A DNA stretch of 57,006 nt, filler included, from Dugesia japonica (lineage: Eukaryota): the NCBI GenBank assembly GCA_001938525.1. It is 5 parts of 5 records of this genome, joined end to end, with 100 filler letters (N's around TTAATTAATTAA, not from the genome) between each part and the next. Parts side by side here need not be neighbours in the genome. Positions count along the whole stretch, not along the records: positions 19,627 to 28,309 come from MQRL01446553.1; positions 28,410 to 40,655 come from MQRL01618801.1; 3 more parts are not named here. One strand, 5' to 3'. Below, piece after piece: positions 23,782 to 37,800 of this stretch. Within the stretch, counting starts at the first letter, position 1, and each line of letters opens with the position of its first letter. Made by a program: the position numbers and the translations under genes. Under the pieces are notes generated by a model. It saw only the letters and a program-made list of their open reading frames with translations, was not told the origin of the DNA and did not search any database.

Positions 23782-24440
23782 ATTCAGCTGAACTATTTTG
23801 TTTCGGTAGAGCTCAAAATTTACGGTTTCACCTAGTTTGAGAACCTCATGGTGCACCACACTTTTTTAATACCTCCAGACGCAGAGCATTGTTTTCTTTC
23901 TAAAGCGGTCTGGTCTTGCAGTCTGCTTTGACGGTTCAGCTGGGTTAACCCATGATTTTGTACGTTTGAGATTTTCAAAATAAATCCAATTTTTAACTCC
24001 TACCAAAATTCGATAAAAGAAAGACTTTCTTTCATACCGTTATAACAACATCTCACTGATTACTTTTTGGTTTTCTAGTTGTCTTTCATTCAAATGATAG
24101 GGCATTCATTTTTCTTTCGTAAAAATCTTGCCCAAATCATTTAATCGCGCACATATTGTCTGCTGAGTAAAACCTAATGTTGTGGAAAGTTGATTTTGAG
24201 ACTGGCATGAATCTTCATCGAAAAGAATTTCTAAATCTTGGTCGTCAAGTTTGGAAGGGTGGCCTGGACGTTCTTATTTCTGAATCTCATAAATCAATGC
24301 TCGCATATATCCTGAGAAACTACATGTTTTTCATAAACAACACAAAATAACCGGTTGCTTTCTACGGCACTTTTATTCATCATAAAATGATGAATAAGAA
24401 CTTCCCGTAAACGATCTTTGCTCGGGATAAATGTTGGCAT
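23782..24440 (-). pseudogene. mariner transposase N-terminal two-thirds, Mos1/mauritiana-like
   Basis: MPTFIPSKDRLREVLI, HLNERQLENQK..SEMLL, WIYFEN.KR.KSWV.P, TARPDRF.KKTMLCVW, LKLGETVN. These closely parallel Mos1. Confidence 0.88.
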
Positions 24441-24609
24441 GTTTAGATCTAAAACTTTTCAATTTATTAACATATTATGGAAATATACATAATTACCCTA
24501 TTAATTAGCGATTGTTAAAAGAAAATGAATTATATTTGAATTTAAAATTATATTACCATATATTAGTTAATCGATTAGAAGACAGGAGTCATATATCAGT
24601 TATTAATTG

Positions 24610-25000
24610 AATTTTTAAAAATCTTGGCTTAAAACTCTTCCGATTTCCTCAAAACTAGCATCTGTATCAAATATCATTTAACTTTAATCATTTGGAAAAG
24701 CCAAGATAGGAGCAATAAATAACTTTATCTTTAACATTTGAAAACTATTCTCACATTTCTTTGTTAATTCAATGTTTTTTCATGGCCCGCAGTGGCTGCA
24801 TATAATATTACGGCAATGAGAGCGTATTCGCTTTTCTAAGATTTCCCCATAACTCATCAAGTTTGCTTTTCAAATGCATTGGTTATCTTCTAGGATTTAA
24901 CATTATTGATCCTTCTTTGGTTTCCATGTGATATTGCATTATTGTGGTAAATCCAAAATCAAATTTTGATATCATAAATATCACTATGTGTTCTTCTATC
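24610..25000 (-). pseudogene. Ty3/gypsy RT/RNase H fragment
   Basis: IAPILAFPND...FDTDASFEEIG.VLSQ. Confidence 0.75.
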
Positions 25001-25099
25001 AGTCTTCTAATTTCTTGATTGACATTCCTTTGAATATTAAGAACAATATTTTACTCTTTTTGGATTCTCAATAACTGGTTCAATAACATTATTTGAATC

Positions 25100-27110
25100 A
25101 ATAAAACCGACGCAATCACAGAGAAATTGTTGCCAAAATTATTTTCAGAGGCGATGATCTAGAGACGTTTATCAAACGGTGTGAAATATACTTCGAGGCG
25201 AATAACATCGTTATTAAGGAAGATCAGAAGAGCTTGATAACATGTATGCTTAATGAAGATTTAATGAAACCATATGTAAAAACATTAAAGAAGAAAGCAA
25301 ACGGATATCAAGAGAGATTGCGATTAGCTTTTGAGAGCAAGAGAGATGTAATAAAAGATTTGAAGAATCTTGTAGCTATCGGTGTGGTGATGAAAACCTT
25401 GAGGTGTATTTTAAAAAAAGGGAAAATTTGGTCGATAAGTCTTTAACAAATGGAGATCTGACGAAAGAAAAACTCTATTCAAAAATGCTAATAATTTGTG
25501 CTGCTAATAAAAAAGCAGAAGAAGAAATAATCATGCGAAAATTGGAGAAAGTAGAAGATATAAAAAAACATTTTCATTAGTTGTAAAAATAGAAAAAAGT
25601 GAACCTATTAATATAGTTAAGAGTTACGGAGGTGTAACACGTGGAGAACGTACCGGAGAGAGGAGAAAAAATATTGAGAGAGTAACAAAAAGAACAGAAC
25701 CACAGTGTTGGACATGACAGGGTTATGGGCACACAAAAAGAGTGCCCAAAAAACTTACAAGTGGAAGGTTAGATTTGTCTGAGGAGAGAGCATGTAAGAA
25801 GAAATTGTCCAATCAATAAGTCATCGAAATGTTTTGGGTGTGGTAACATTGATCATGTTAGAAGGATGTGTACAGAAATTGTATGCGGTAGATGCAAAAG
25901 ACTGGGTCACAGAGCGGAAGAATGTTATTCGAACATTAATAAACCAAGACTAAAAAACAGAAGATACAATTATAAAAGCGAACAACAAACAAAAGATTGG
26001 AGTCGTACCAAACGTATTCATGCCATTCGAGAAGAGGATGATGATGAAAATGAAGATATATTTTCTGGGAGCATAATAGAAAATGAAGATCAGAGAAGAG
26101 AATACCCAAAAGTCAGGGTTCCATCAGTAGAAGAGTTGGTTGGATACCGTTTGAAAATCCTCAAGAGACCGAGAAATGTGATAAGACGAGTAAAGTGAGA
26201 GAAAAGGTTTACAAATTCCTAAAAAGAGAAAGTTTCAATGATGCGGGAGTTAACAAACGAGAGGTGATAGAAACAATTGGAGAGAAACATGACGTAGAAA
26301 TTTCGTATGATAAGATGCAATGGAGACCTAGCATACCAGTGATGATCACTGGTGAATAGTTTAATTGTTTGCTAGATACAAGAGCAAGAATGAATGTAAT
26401 GAGCATGAGAAGATTCAGTAGACTTGGAGAAACAATGTTAGAGAAAAGCGAGAAAAGGAACGATTGCATTGCGCGAATACCAGCTCATTGGAGACAATTC
26501 GAAAGATACTTGTAGAAGTTGTAGTTCAGAGGTGTGTAAGGAAGTAACATTTATAATAATAATGAAACTAATACAAGATCTAAATGTTGGAGTAGAATTT
26601 CAGAATACTTTCGAGTATCACCTTCAAAAAAAGTGAGGGTAGACATCAATAGTCAACGAGATAAATTTGTTTGCAACATTGAGGCAAAATTTGGAAGGCA
26701 GCTACAGACGGGTGAACGATTAAGACATGCAATGGAGATTCTAGAAATTAACTAAGATCATAGATTGTCTTTAAATATTCAGAATAATGAAGATGTATTT
26801 ATGGCGGACAAATGGAACATTGGATGCACACACTTAACGAAGCATCTAATAATCACTAAAGAAAGTCCAATCAACGTAAATCCTTATCGTCAACCAATGA
26901 ATCTAGAAGAGAAGATTGAAAAGGCCATCAAGAATCTGTTTGATAACGGCATCATCCGGAAGTGTAATTCTCAATGGAATACGCCAATAATCTGCGTTAG
27001 GAAAAAGGAAAAAAGATATATGATTATGTTTAAACTTTAGACAGCTCAATGCAATAACAGAAAAACCAGCTATTCCTATGCCAAATGTAGACGAAATATT
27101 GGATGCTTTG
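25100..27110 (+). mobile_element. Ty3/gypsy gag-protease-RT fragment
   Basis: Gag GDDLETFIKRCEIYF, four CCHC-type knuckles (25705-25926), protease CLLDT.A, RT YRQP...IIRKCNSQWNTPI...LNFRQLN. Confidence 0.9.
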
Positions 27111-27399
27111 GTACACCGGTACCAGAAAATAGAAAACAAAGTTTTGTAAAAATATTTGAATATAGAAGTTCCATAATATGTAGTAATTAAACTTTTTATT
27201 GATTACAAAATCAATATTTGTATTATGCTTTTTTATTCATTTTGATTTCAATTACGTTTTGTTTTATAAAAATTAAAAATTTAGCTGTTAAATTTAAATC
27301 TGTAAGTAATGTACAATTAATTAGTTTTATTATATTAATAGTTAACTATTATTATTTTAGAATTACCCTTCAATGAACAATAAGAATTCATCACATTGA

Positions 27400-28309
27400 C
27401 AGTAATTTAGGAAAGTGGATGCTGTAGGTGTTTGCAAAATTGATAGTTGTGCAAAAATTTAGTAATACGTTGGATGAATGGTCATCTACCAAAAATCACA
27501 GATGTGTGAATGTAGATGTACACGATAAAAGTAAATTATGAAATATTCGGCTAATAAGAGTTCATGGGTCAATGCCTGCAGCAAAATCTTTGGACATTTT
27601 GAAGGCCAAATTTAAGTTAAAATTGAAAGATTGTGCAGCTAGTATAACAGATGGTGCGTACGTTATGAAAGAGTTTGATAGTATTATCAAATATTGGTCA
27701 CCAATTATGACTAGCACATGATATTCAGTTATCTGTAATAAAAGCTTTATACAAAGAATATAATTAATCCATGAATTTAACCTAAGAAGATAGTTTTGTA
27801 CATGAAAATAGTGAATATGATAACAGTTGTTACCATGAGGGCAGTTATTTTTCAAGTGTTGAATCTAAAAGCGATTGTGAAAAGTATTGACAATCAGAGA
27901 TCAATTACAACCAGTAAAATTACTACAGTTTTCATCTATCATGAATCCATTGATTAAAAAAATTCGTAGAGATGTAAAAATATTTCGTAAGTCATCCAAA
28001 AAAACGACATACTGCAAAAGTACGTTTCAACACAAACTAATAAAGAATTGGCAGTAATTTTGAATGCAAAAACAAGATTGGAATAATTTACTTAGTATGT
28101 TAGAACGGTTCTATGAAATTCGTGATTGTTTAAAAAAAGCACTATTTGATATAGATGATCATTTTAATTTTTTGCAAGAGATAACATTATTGGGTGAGAT
28201 AATTTTTGCATTACAGTCAATAAAAACTACAGTTGAATCACTTTGTTGTGAAAATTCTAAATTATTAATTGCTGATGTTGCTTTAAAATTTATGTTTGAT
28301 GAATGATCA
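27400..28309 (+). pseudogene. hAT-superfamily transposase fragment
   Basis: TLDEWSS, SITDGA.VM, LAH..IQL, IKKIR..VKIFRKS, KTR/WNNLLSMLERF. Confidence 0.85.
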
Positions 28310-29639
28310 NNNNNNNNNNNNNNNNNNNNNNNNNNNNNNNNNNNNNNNNNNNNTTAATTAATTAANNNNNNNNNNNNNNNNNNNNNNNNNNNNNNNNNNN
28401 NNNNNNNNNAAAATGAGGTTTTTTTTATATTTTCTATAATTTTTTAGTTGTTGTTAGTATTTCAAATTTTTGACTTTTGCCTTCTTCAGAATTAAACTTT
28501 TTTAGTGATTTAATCGATATTAGAAAATTTTATCGAAATTTTATTGGATGATTTTACTTTAATTTAAATTAAATATATTTAAGTTTATTTTAATTATTAT
28601 AAACTACATAGATTTTAGGTTTATCCTCTTTGATCAATATTTCTTCAGGTTTCTTCCTGTGCAATGTGCAAATTTGAAAAAATTATTTATCTATTTCTAA
28701 ACATCTATTTTCTCTGATGTTTTCTATATTATATGGTGTTTTCCTCGAAAATATTAATTATAATTATCATTATCATTAGTTGAAAGTGTCTAAAGATTTT
28801 TTTCTGTTTGATATGTACGTTTTATGCATGTTTCTCCTATATATGTATNNNNNNNNNNNNNNNNNNNNNNNNNNNNNNNNNNNNNNNNNNNNTTGCTACG
28901 ATCAAAAAGTCAATTGGGACCACAAATGTTCTGTCTTGGTTTCTAAAATTGGATGCCCAAATGTGCTTGCGTTTAAAATATAACTCTTGGATTATGTTTA
29001 AATTTCGATGTTTTTATTATATTTTTCATGACTTGACATTACTCATTAATAAAAAGTAATTTAATTATTGTGTTTGTATTTTGTTTGATTTTATTTAATT
29101 TTGTATTCGAGGAAAAACTTTTAGATATAATTTAATTTGGATATCCATTATTTAGGAATTTATCTTTAATCAAGCAAAAGAAGTCAATTATATTTCTTCA
29201 TTTAATTATAATCTTACAGTTCTCATTTTATCGAAGTTAATTATTCCAATTTTCTGAAGAAAAAATGATCAAAAAAAGAACAAAAAAAATTCTTTTGGTT
29301 AGCACTTTTTACATTTAATTAAGATGATAATTTAAATCAAAATTAATTTCACAAAAAAACGAAATATAATAAAAAGCAATTAAGAATTTTAATTTATTTT
29401 TCAAAACAATTTTTAGTACTTTTAATAAGTTTTTAAATCATTTCAATAAAATGAAATAATAATTGACAAAAATGGTATATTTGTCAAAAACTTTATTAAT
29501 TCACTACAATTAATAATANNNNNNNNNTTAATTATAAACAACAAAAATCCATTAACACTCCCTAGTCAGCATTAATCTGACATTTGAAAACCAGATTTAA
29601 ATTGTGTTTTTTTTAAAAATATTATTATTTCACAATTTA

Positions 29640-30060
29640 AAACCAAAATTTAATTTTGAGTTAGAATACTATTTAAATTTTCTGAATTTGAAAAAAAATT
29701 ATTTAATCTATTTTCCCACTATTACTATTCCAGTGTAATTTATGTCCACTGTGAAATGGTTTCATTTGTAATTGAATAGTTTATATTTCACCAGGTTCTT
29801 TTCAAATTAAGGCGTCAAGAAAAGGAAGTCAATTGACTTCTTTAAAATGAAATTGATGTTATCATTAATACTATTGGCTAATTCCAAAATATTCTCGTAA
29901 GGAGAATCAGTAACAAAGAAAATATTGTCAATGTATATAAACCATAGACGTATTTTTTTCTTAGCTTTGATAATTATTTGACATTCAATGAAGTTCATAA
30001 AAGTCATCGTCACCCATTGCAAGACCATCATTTTGTTTAAAAAGTTGTTCACCGACCAAA
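29640..30060 (-). pseudogene. Penelope-like RT fragment
   Basis: DGLAMG, WFIYIDNIF (degenerate YVDD), NSINDNINF. Confidence 0.6.
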
Positions 30061-30197
30061 ATGTTACCAGAGAACAGACACAAATTGATAAGAGTTTCCA
30101 GTAATACATGACTCATAATTACCCATTACCCAAAATGCTACTTTACTATGTAAAGGATGCGTTTTTCGATATATCTTTGAGTAAATTACTACCTACC

Positions 30198-30267
<70 letters not shown>

Positions 30268-30360
30268 TTTANNNNNNNNNNNNNNNNNNNNNNNNNNNNN
30301 NNNNNNNNNNNNNNNNNNNNNNNNNNNNNNNNNNNNNNNNNNNNNNNNNNNNNNNNNNNN

Positions 30361-33135
30361 TTCTGAACATTAAGTAATCAATAACTTTCAGAATTCTCAA
30401 AACATTACATAGAAGTCAATCAAAATTTTCAAAGATTTACTAGAAGTCAGTTAAAGATTTCAAAAATTACAAGAGATCATACAAATTATTATTTATCACA
30501 CTGAACTTACATTCCATTACACAAAAACTAATTCTCAACTTGTAAAATCCTTTAGCCAACAAATAAAAATTACATTTTATTATACAAAAATTATATTTCA
30601 TCCCATAAAATTTTATCCATACCACTAAAATTATATAAAAGTCATTAAAATTTATAATATATTACATGGGAGTCAAGAAAACCTTTCAAAACATTGCATA
30701 GAAGTTATTAAAAAGTTTCATAAATTATACAGAAGTCAATAAAATTTCAATACATCACAGAGAATTGTAAAACATTACACTAAAAAAACATTTCATCTCA
30801 CAAAAACTTCATTCAATCATAGTAAAATACTAAGAAGTCACACAAAATTTCTAAACCACTATAAAAATTATAATTCATCATTCTTAAATTATATAAGTCA
30901 TTAAAAATTATTAAAAATAACATATAAATCAATAAAACATTTCAAACATTNTATATTTCTATTAAAAGGTTTTATAAATTACACAGAAGTATTCAACAAC
31001 ATTCAAAGATTACATAGAAGATAGTAAAATTTATAAGTCAACAGATAAAATTTCAAACCAACAAGTTTATGTAAAATATAGTTCATTACATTAAAACTGT
31101 TAAGTCAACGCTTTAAAATTATAATCAATCACACTAAAATTACATTTCATCACACATAAAATTATAAACATTCACATTAAAATTAACATTCATCATAATA
31201 AAATTACATCCTATCACATAAAATTCTAAGTCACCATGTAAAATACAAGATTCNTTATTNAAAATAAACACTTCGACACGGTAAATAATCACTTTGGCAT
31301 GAAANATTATAGTTTCATCACGAAAATNAGACACGCNATAATTAAATATACAGGTATCATCATTGGTATTACACGGGTCATCATAAAAAATCAGAGACAA
31401 CGACATAGAAAATATAAAATTCATTATTAAAAATAAAACTTTCATCAAAGAACTTAAAATTCATAGGGTTTTAGAATTTATCAGTTTAAATTTAATATGA
31501 ATAAAAATTTGACAGCCTAAAATTAATACAAATTAAAATTTATCAGCTTAAAATTAATATGAATCAAAATTAAATAGGTTTGAACAGTTTAAAATTTAAC
31601 AGTTTAATATTAATAAGTTTAAAAATTCTTCAGATTAAAATTCTGAAATTTTTTAATAATAAATTAATTTTAGTTTAACCATCTTAAATTAAAAAACATT
31701 GAATAAATTAATTTAATATTTATTGTTTAGCTGGATTATTTAAATTTGGTCGAAATAAAATAATATGTGCACCGATTGCCTATATAAGGAAGATGCATAT
31801 ATTATTTCATCTTTTTAATAATATAAAGTAAGATTTTTATTTAATTTGTTATATTATTAATTTTATTTTAGAATATTTTTGAAATCTTATGAATTATATT
31901 AGATATAATTTAAAACTTATTATGAATTATGAAAATAAATAAGGATTTATTTTTTTATTTAAATAGTTTTTATTTAAACGGCAATGATTTCGTTAATGAT
32001 ACTTTTTGTAATGGTTTTCATTAAACGATAGTAATTTTATTTTAAGTTAACCACTTTTAAAGTTAATAATTGGATTTGATTTGATTTTCAACTAATAATC
32101 TTAAAAGTTATGAATTCTTAAGGATATGATTAAAGTTATTGGAAATATAAAAACTTATAACTTCTAATGAACTTTGACAATAAATAAGGATTTATTTTTA
32201 TTTAATGCTTTATTAAATGGTAATGATTTTCGTAAAGATTTTCTTTAATGATTTAACTTAATGAAACTAGTAATGCTATACTGTAATGATAATAAGTAAA
32301 TATTTAATTTAAAGATTCATTTAATATTATCTAATATTTAAGTCGATCAAAGAAACATTTCAACATTTTGCTTAACTAAAAGAAAACGCTCATATAAGTC
32401 TTTTAATATTAATGTCGTCGGGAACATATAATATAAATGTTAATATAGCCAGGGCTGAATAATGTTGATGTTAATATTTCCCGGGTCTAACTAATGTTGT
32501 ATCTAATATTTTTCGGTGCGATTAATGTTCATGTTAATATTTCCGGGAGCAACTAATATTGATGTTAATATTTCCCGAAACCAACTTATGTTGTCTGTAA
32601 TATTTCTCAGCGTGATTAATATTGATGTTATTATTACCGGGCAGCGTTTAATATTGCTTGGTAGAAAATTTGCTTAACTACCTACAAAATTGAAGATTTT
32701 GCTTAATTTAAACAAAAATGTAATTTCCGGTGAATACGCAATTGTTAGGTTTGTTTAAACTTATGCCATAAAAATAAATATAATTGGAATAGTAAAACAA
32801 AAATAAATTAGAATTGGAATTTTAAAAAAGAATAATAAAAATTTCATCAATTAAAACAAAAACATATAATAACTAATTAATAAAAAAACATAAGCATTCG
32901 TCAATTAAAACTAAATAATATTACGTAATCATTACATAAACATTGCGTCATCATTACATAATCAACACACAAAACAATATCGGCCAATCAGTATTTCTAT
33001 ACCAGTTATGTAATCGCACAGCTAAAGTTTTCGACCTATCAAATTGCTGAAAACATGTGTGCGACCAATCTAATTCTAAACCAAAATAATTTCTTCACGG
33101 AGGGAGGTGGTTTAGTGCGAACCTATCTGTTTACT
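30361..33135. mobile_element. Non-coding, minisatellite-rich element ending in a Polinton-like AGT terminus
   Basis: ATAGAAGTCA-containing repeats (30400-31100), ~32-bp TAATGTTGATGTTAATATTTCCCGG repeats (32400-32660), TTACGTAA and CCAAT motifs. Terminus reverse complement AGTAAACAGATAGGTTCGCACT. The same modules occur at 52390-53830. Confidence 0.55.
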
Positions 33136-33799
33136 AATGATAATTCTGAAAATTTTAGTGTAATGGTAATCGAGAAAATAGATCTAAAGAGTTAATGCAA
33201 TCAAAAAAGATATTGAAAAATTATGTAAAGTCACGATCATGGTTAAAAGACAATATTCTCGAAGCAATTTAAAACTTAGAAGTATTCGTATTGAGTGAGC
33301 GACGTATCAATACAAAACAAACAACACTTGATGCTTAGGTTAAAAAGAATAATGATTATTTAATGAAGTTTATTGAACTTAGTAAAAAGATAGTAGGGCA
33401 CTGCACTTCCTAAACCTCGTTGGCAAAGTGACTGATGATTTCATTGGTTAAATTTTGGCTTGAAAGTTTTTCGATTTTGTTTCAAAATGGTTGAAGGTTT
33501 GATCGTAAAGGCCCAATTTCAAAGTTTTGGTTTGTAATTTTTACGGTTATTTTTAATCATATGGCCTTGAGTGTAGTATTTTATATCATCAGTGTTGTGC
33601 AATTTGCTTAAATTAACTAAAGTTTATTGTATTTGTTTATTTCTAGCATAACTACTACCTCTTAGTTATTAGTTTTTATAGGGGCATCTGTTTATTTGTA
33701 CAATACATGTAAATCTCATTTTATAATGTTAATTATTGAAATTGAAAATAGAGAAATAATATAAAGCAAATATTACATTTTGTTGGCGATCGACCAAAA

Positions 33800-34660
33800 A
33801 TCCTTACGCTTTCTAAACCATTTTTAAAATCCTTAAAGCCCTCGGAATACGGAATATTTAAAACAACAAATTTTATTAATTTTATTAGATTTATCTGGAT
33901 CTTTAATAACATTTTCATCGTTTAAATTATTATTTGTGTTAAGAATAATTTTATCAATCGTTTCGTATGTTAATCTTTCTACAATTGATTTTGAATATTC
34001 ATTTTTATTTAACAAAGAACTCAAAGTTTGAATATTTACACATGACTTCAAAAATGAAGAAGATAAAATTTGTTATGTTTTAAATATTCCGGTTTCCGAG
34101 GGCTTTAAAGATTTTAAAAATGATTTGCTAAAATATTCAGTAAATCTTCCAAATTTTAAGATATTGTCCCAGTCTTTTAAAATTATAAGTGCGTTCAGTA
34201 ATAAGTCTAAGACTCCTTGTAGATTGGTTTCTAATTTTATTTATAAATATGAGTGTAATGCCACATACATTAGAGAGACTTCCCCTCATCTCTGTAAAAA
34301 TATTCAGGAATATAGTCGGTTAGTTAGTCGCAGTAATATTGCTAAATACAATATTCAATGTAAATGTCTCATAAATATCACTAATTTCAAAATTCTGTGC
34401 AGAAATTTTAAAGATTATTGGGAAAAAATCATGCGCAAAGGATTGATGATTAGACCACATGATCCAAAAATTAGTGTTCAAACTGGTGTCAATAAATCTT
34501 TATTGAATGTCTTTAATTAATTGGGATTTTATTGAGACTATCACATACTAGATTGCATAATGCGGAACTTAAGTAAGTATACTCTTTTCTTCGTTTTAAA
34601 TAGTTTGCCTGAAGATGACAGATATACTGTCGAAACTTGTTGTGTAAAATAAATATTTAA
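33800..34660 (+). mobile_element. 5'-truncated Penelope-like element (GIY-YIG end) with an inverted upstream segment
   Basis: ORF 34125-34520 has FIYKYECNATYIRETSPHL. The segment LNIP.SEGFKDFKN is present on + (34080) and on - (33860). Hammerhead at the 3' end. Confidence 0.85.
34604..34648 (+). ncRNA. Degenerate minimal hammerhead ribozyme of a Penelope pseudo-LTR
   Basis: TTTGC-CTGAAGA-T-GACAG-ATATA-CTGTC-GAAA-CTTG-TT: perfect stem II and core; the 3' strand of stem I is decayed. Confidence 0.65.
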
Positions 34661-34776
34661 TTAAATGGCGTGTTANNNNNNNNNNNNNNNNNNNNNNNNN
34701 NNNNNNNNNNNNNNNNNNNNNNNNNNNNNNNNNNNNNNNNNNNNNNNNNNNNNNNNNNNNNNNNNNNNNNNNNNNN

Positions 34777-34842
<66 letters not shown>

Positions 34843-34845
34843 GGT

Positions 34846-37800
34846 TGTTAGACTTAGAAACATAGTTAAGCATAAAATATATATTTAAAGAACAAAATGA
34901 CCCTGTAACAAATATATATAGCTTTTGAGGAATTGATAGTGTAATAATATCTGAGCACTAAAACCATACACAAATCCAAACAGTCAATCACGCATTCCCC
35001 TAACATCACATACATATGTTAATTTAATTATAAAAAAGTTAATATGAAAATATTATAATATTCTTAGTCATATCTGACATTCTCACCTTTTAAAGTGTTT
35101 TAGTCATTCAATATTTCTTCTTATTTTTTTACCATTAATAAGTTTTAATTTAAAACTCCCATCATGTATTTTCTCTATAATTATTGCTGGTTCGTCATGT
35201 CTATTTTCATTTTTAAGAAGACTTTCTCATTTAATAAAAACTTCGTAACCAATACTGATTTTTCTAATTGTATCATTCTTTTTTTCTTTCAGGAACTTTC
35301 ATGATTATTTAAAATGTTTATTATTCTTTTACGCTTTAGATTTCTTTTATTTACATTTTGTATCATTTCTAACAATCCATTATTTGTGTAAATCCTTTCC
35401 AAAAACTATTTCAGCTGGAGATAAAATCGTTCTTCTTTGATTTGTGGTGTTCATTATAAATTCTATTTCTCGTAAATTTTCGGCCCAATCCTTAAAACCA
35501 ATATGAATTGTATCTCTAAACGTTCGAGATTGTCTTTCAATTATTCCATTACTACTGTGATGATATGGACTTGAGTATTGAATTTCACAATTAAATTCAT
35601 TAGCTAATTGTTGGAATAGATTTCATTCAAATGATTTTTCACGATCTGTATGTATTATCTTTCAAAATCCAATTATTTTTTAATATTTGAACAGTGGTTT
35701 TTTCGTCTTGATGTGAAACTGCATTGAGAGATATATATCCACTGATTTTATTAATTAAGATATATTAAATTCCATATAAAGGTTTCTTTAATGGATCACA
35801 AAAACCAATATGAATGATTTCAAGGATGTCATCAGCTGTAATACTAATAATGTTTTCTTTTTTTAAAGTTGTCTTTGTTTTTCTTAACTGACAATTTTTA
35901 CCACTTTGAGTAACCACTTTTTCAATTTCTTCAACACCTTTCATATCATAATTTTCTCTTACATATTTAAGATCCTATGTGACATAATGATTCGTGTTCA
36001 TTTCTTACTAATCATTTTCTGCATTCTGAAGAAATCCAATTTTTATTATTATTAGTCATTATAATTCTATTGGAAAACTTAAATTTTGATCTCATTTGAC
36101 AATCTTTTAAGTTAATTTTTATCATATTTATTTCTTCAGAGTTTTTTTGCCATTTATTACCATTTTTTTCAAACTCAATGGCATTCGGTTGAAGCAAAAT
36201 TGATCAAACTTTGTAGAAAATGCCATTTTGTATTTTAAACTTTCATCTAATTCAACCTGGTAATATGTATTACCCAAATATTTTGATTCATTCAAAGTTT
36301 CAGGCATTTCTCTTATATTTGGTATTGGGAACAATAGTCTCTCCGTTATTTTATTCAAAAATATAAAATCCAGCCAAATTCTAATGTCTTTTTTCTCTTT
36401 CTTCCAAACACAAACTAATGGACTATTCAACTCAGAATTACAATGTTTAATTATATCTTTATCTTCCATTTCTAAAATAGCCTTATAATTTTATCTTCTA
36501 AATAAAAAAGTTGTCGCCTATTATTTATTACAATTGAAACACCATCATGTGTTGATGGTGTTGTCTTACCTAAGTCCCTTCTTACGTACATCTTTCATAA
36601 AGATTTCTGTAAATCGTTCAGTTATATCTTTGATATTTTTATTCACTTAATTTTTAAAGTTCATAGTTTTTATTTCCAATATTTATTTATTAGTATAATT
36701 TAGCATTTTTAATTTGATATTACATTTAGATAAAAAATCAATTCCTGCAATAATACTGGGAGAAATATTTTCTGCCACATAAAACTTAATGTATTCTGTT
36801 TGATTATTAAGTGTAATCTTTAATATAATACTTCATATTATTTTTAGCTGACTTTCATTAGCACAAGTAACATTAATTTATTTACTTTTAATTTTAGTAA
36901 TATTTAATTTTAAAAATATTGCATGGTCAATCACATTAATCTTAGAACCAGTATCAAGTAAATAATCAACATTTAATTCGTTATTTAACTTTATTTTTAA
37001 ACATGATATTCTTAACATTTTATTATACACAATCTTATCTTCATAATTATTTATTAAATTTTCATTATTTAAATCCTTATTTAAAACTGAAATATCAGTA
37101 AGAAATAAAATTTTATCTATAAAATATTCATTTTTATATTCTAAAGTTTTGTTAAATAAATAATCAATCAACAAATATTTACATTCATTCAAACTAAATC
37201 ATTCAATTTTTTATAATTTTCATTAATAACATCAAACAAACATTCACAAGCATTCATATCACATACATTAGTGCTCAAAAAATTATTATCTAACCTAGAT
37301 TTATAGCTCCAACTGCATTCTTCTTCATTAGAGCTTTAGCATTTCTCGAATTATAGCCTTGATCTACTCCATCACTGAGACAGGCATGATGATCATCATC
37401 ATCATAGACATTCATTTAAAATCTTCGTTACTTGTTATACATTTGTCTTCTTTCAAGGCATTAATTAGATCTTTACCAAGGTCTACAGTCTTTAAAAATG
37501 ATTATCTACATCTTGTTTCAAAATCTTCAATCTTTGAATTGATTTGTTTATATAATTTGACTGCTTTTGTTGCCATAAAAGTTTGTGTAACTATTTTCTT
37601 TAACTGATTCAAAGTCATCGAAATTTCAAAAAATCAGTTTGTTTCTTTAATAAATTCTTCTATATTTCCTCCTATCTCAAAAGTCTTAGGTGTTGAAATC
37701 CTCGAGTTCAGGATTGACGTGGTCGCCATGTTAGACTTAGAAATAGAGTTAAGCATAAAATATATATTCTAAACACAAAATGATACTCTAACAAATATAT

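Noticed and set aside
29560-29595. GTCAG/CTGAC hairpin near the third Penelope fragment as a hammerhead
   Set aside because: The CUGANGA and GAAA cores are not recognisable on either strand.
31140-31448. 102-aa ORF with a signal-peptide-like start
   Set aside because: It lies within degenerate minisatellite sequence and contains several Ns; no motif supports it.
20493-36180. Three gypsy copies all losing the RT YxDD region
   Set aside because: The breakpoints differ (after STKHG, LDAL and NRMP), consistent with independent decay.
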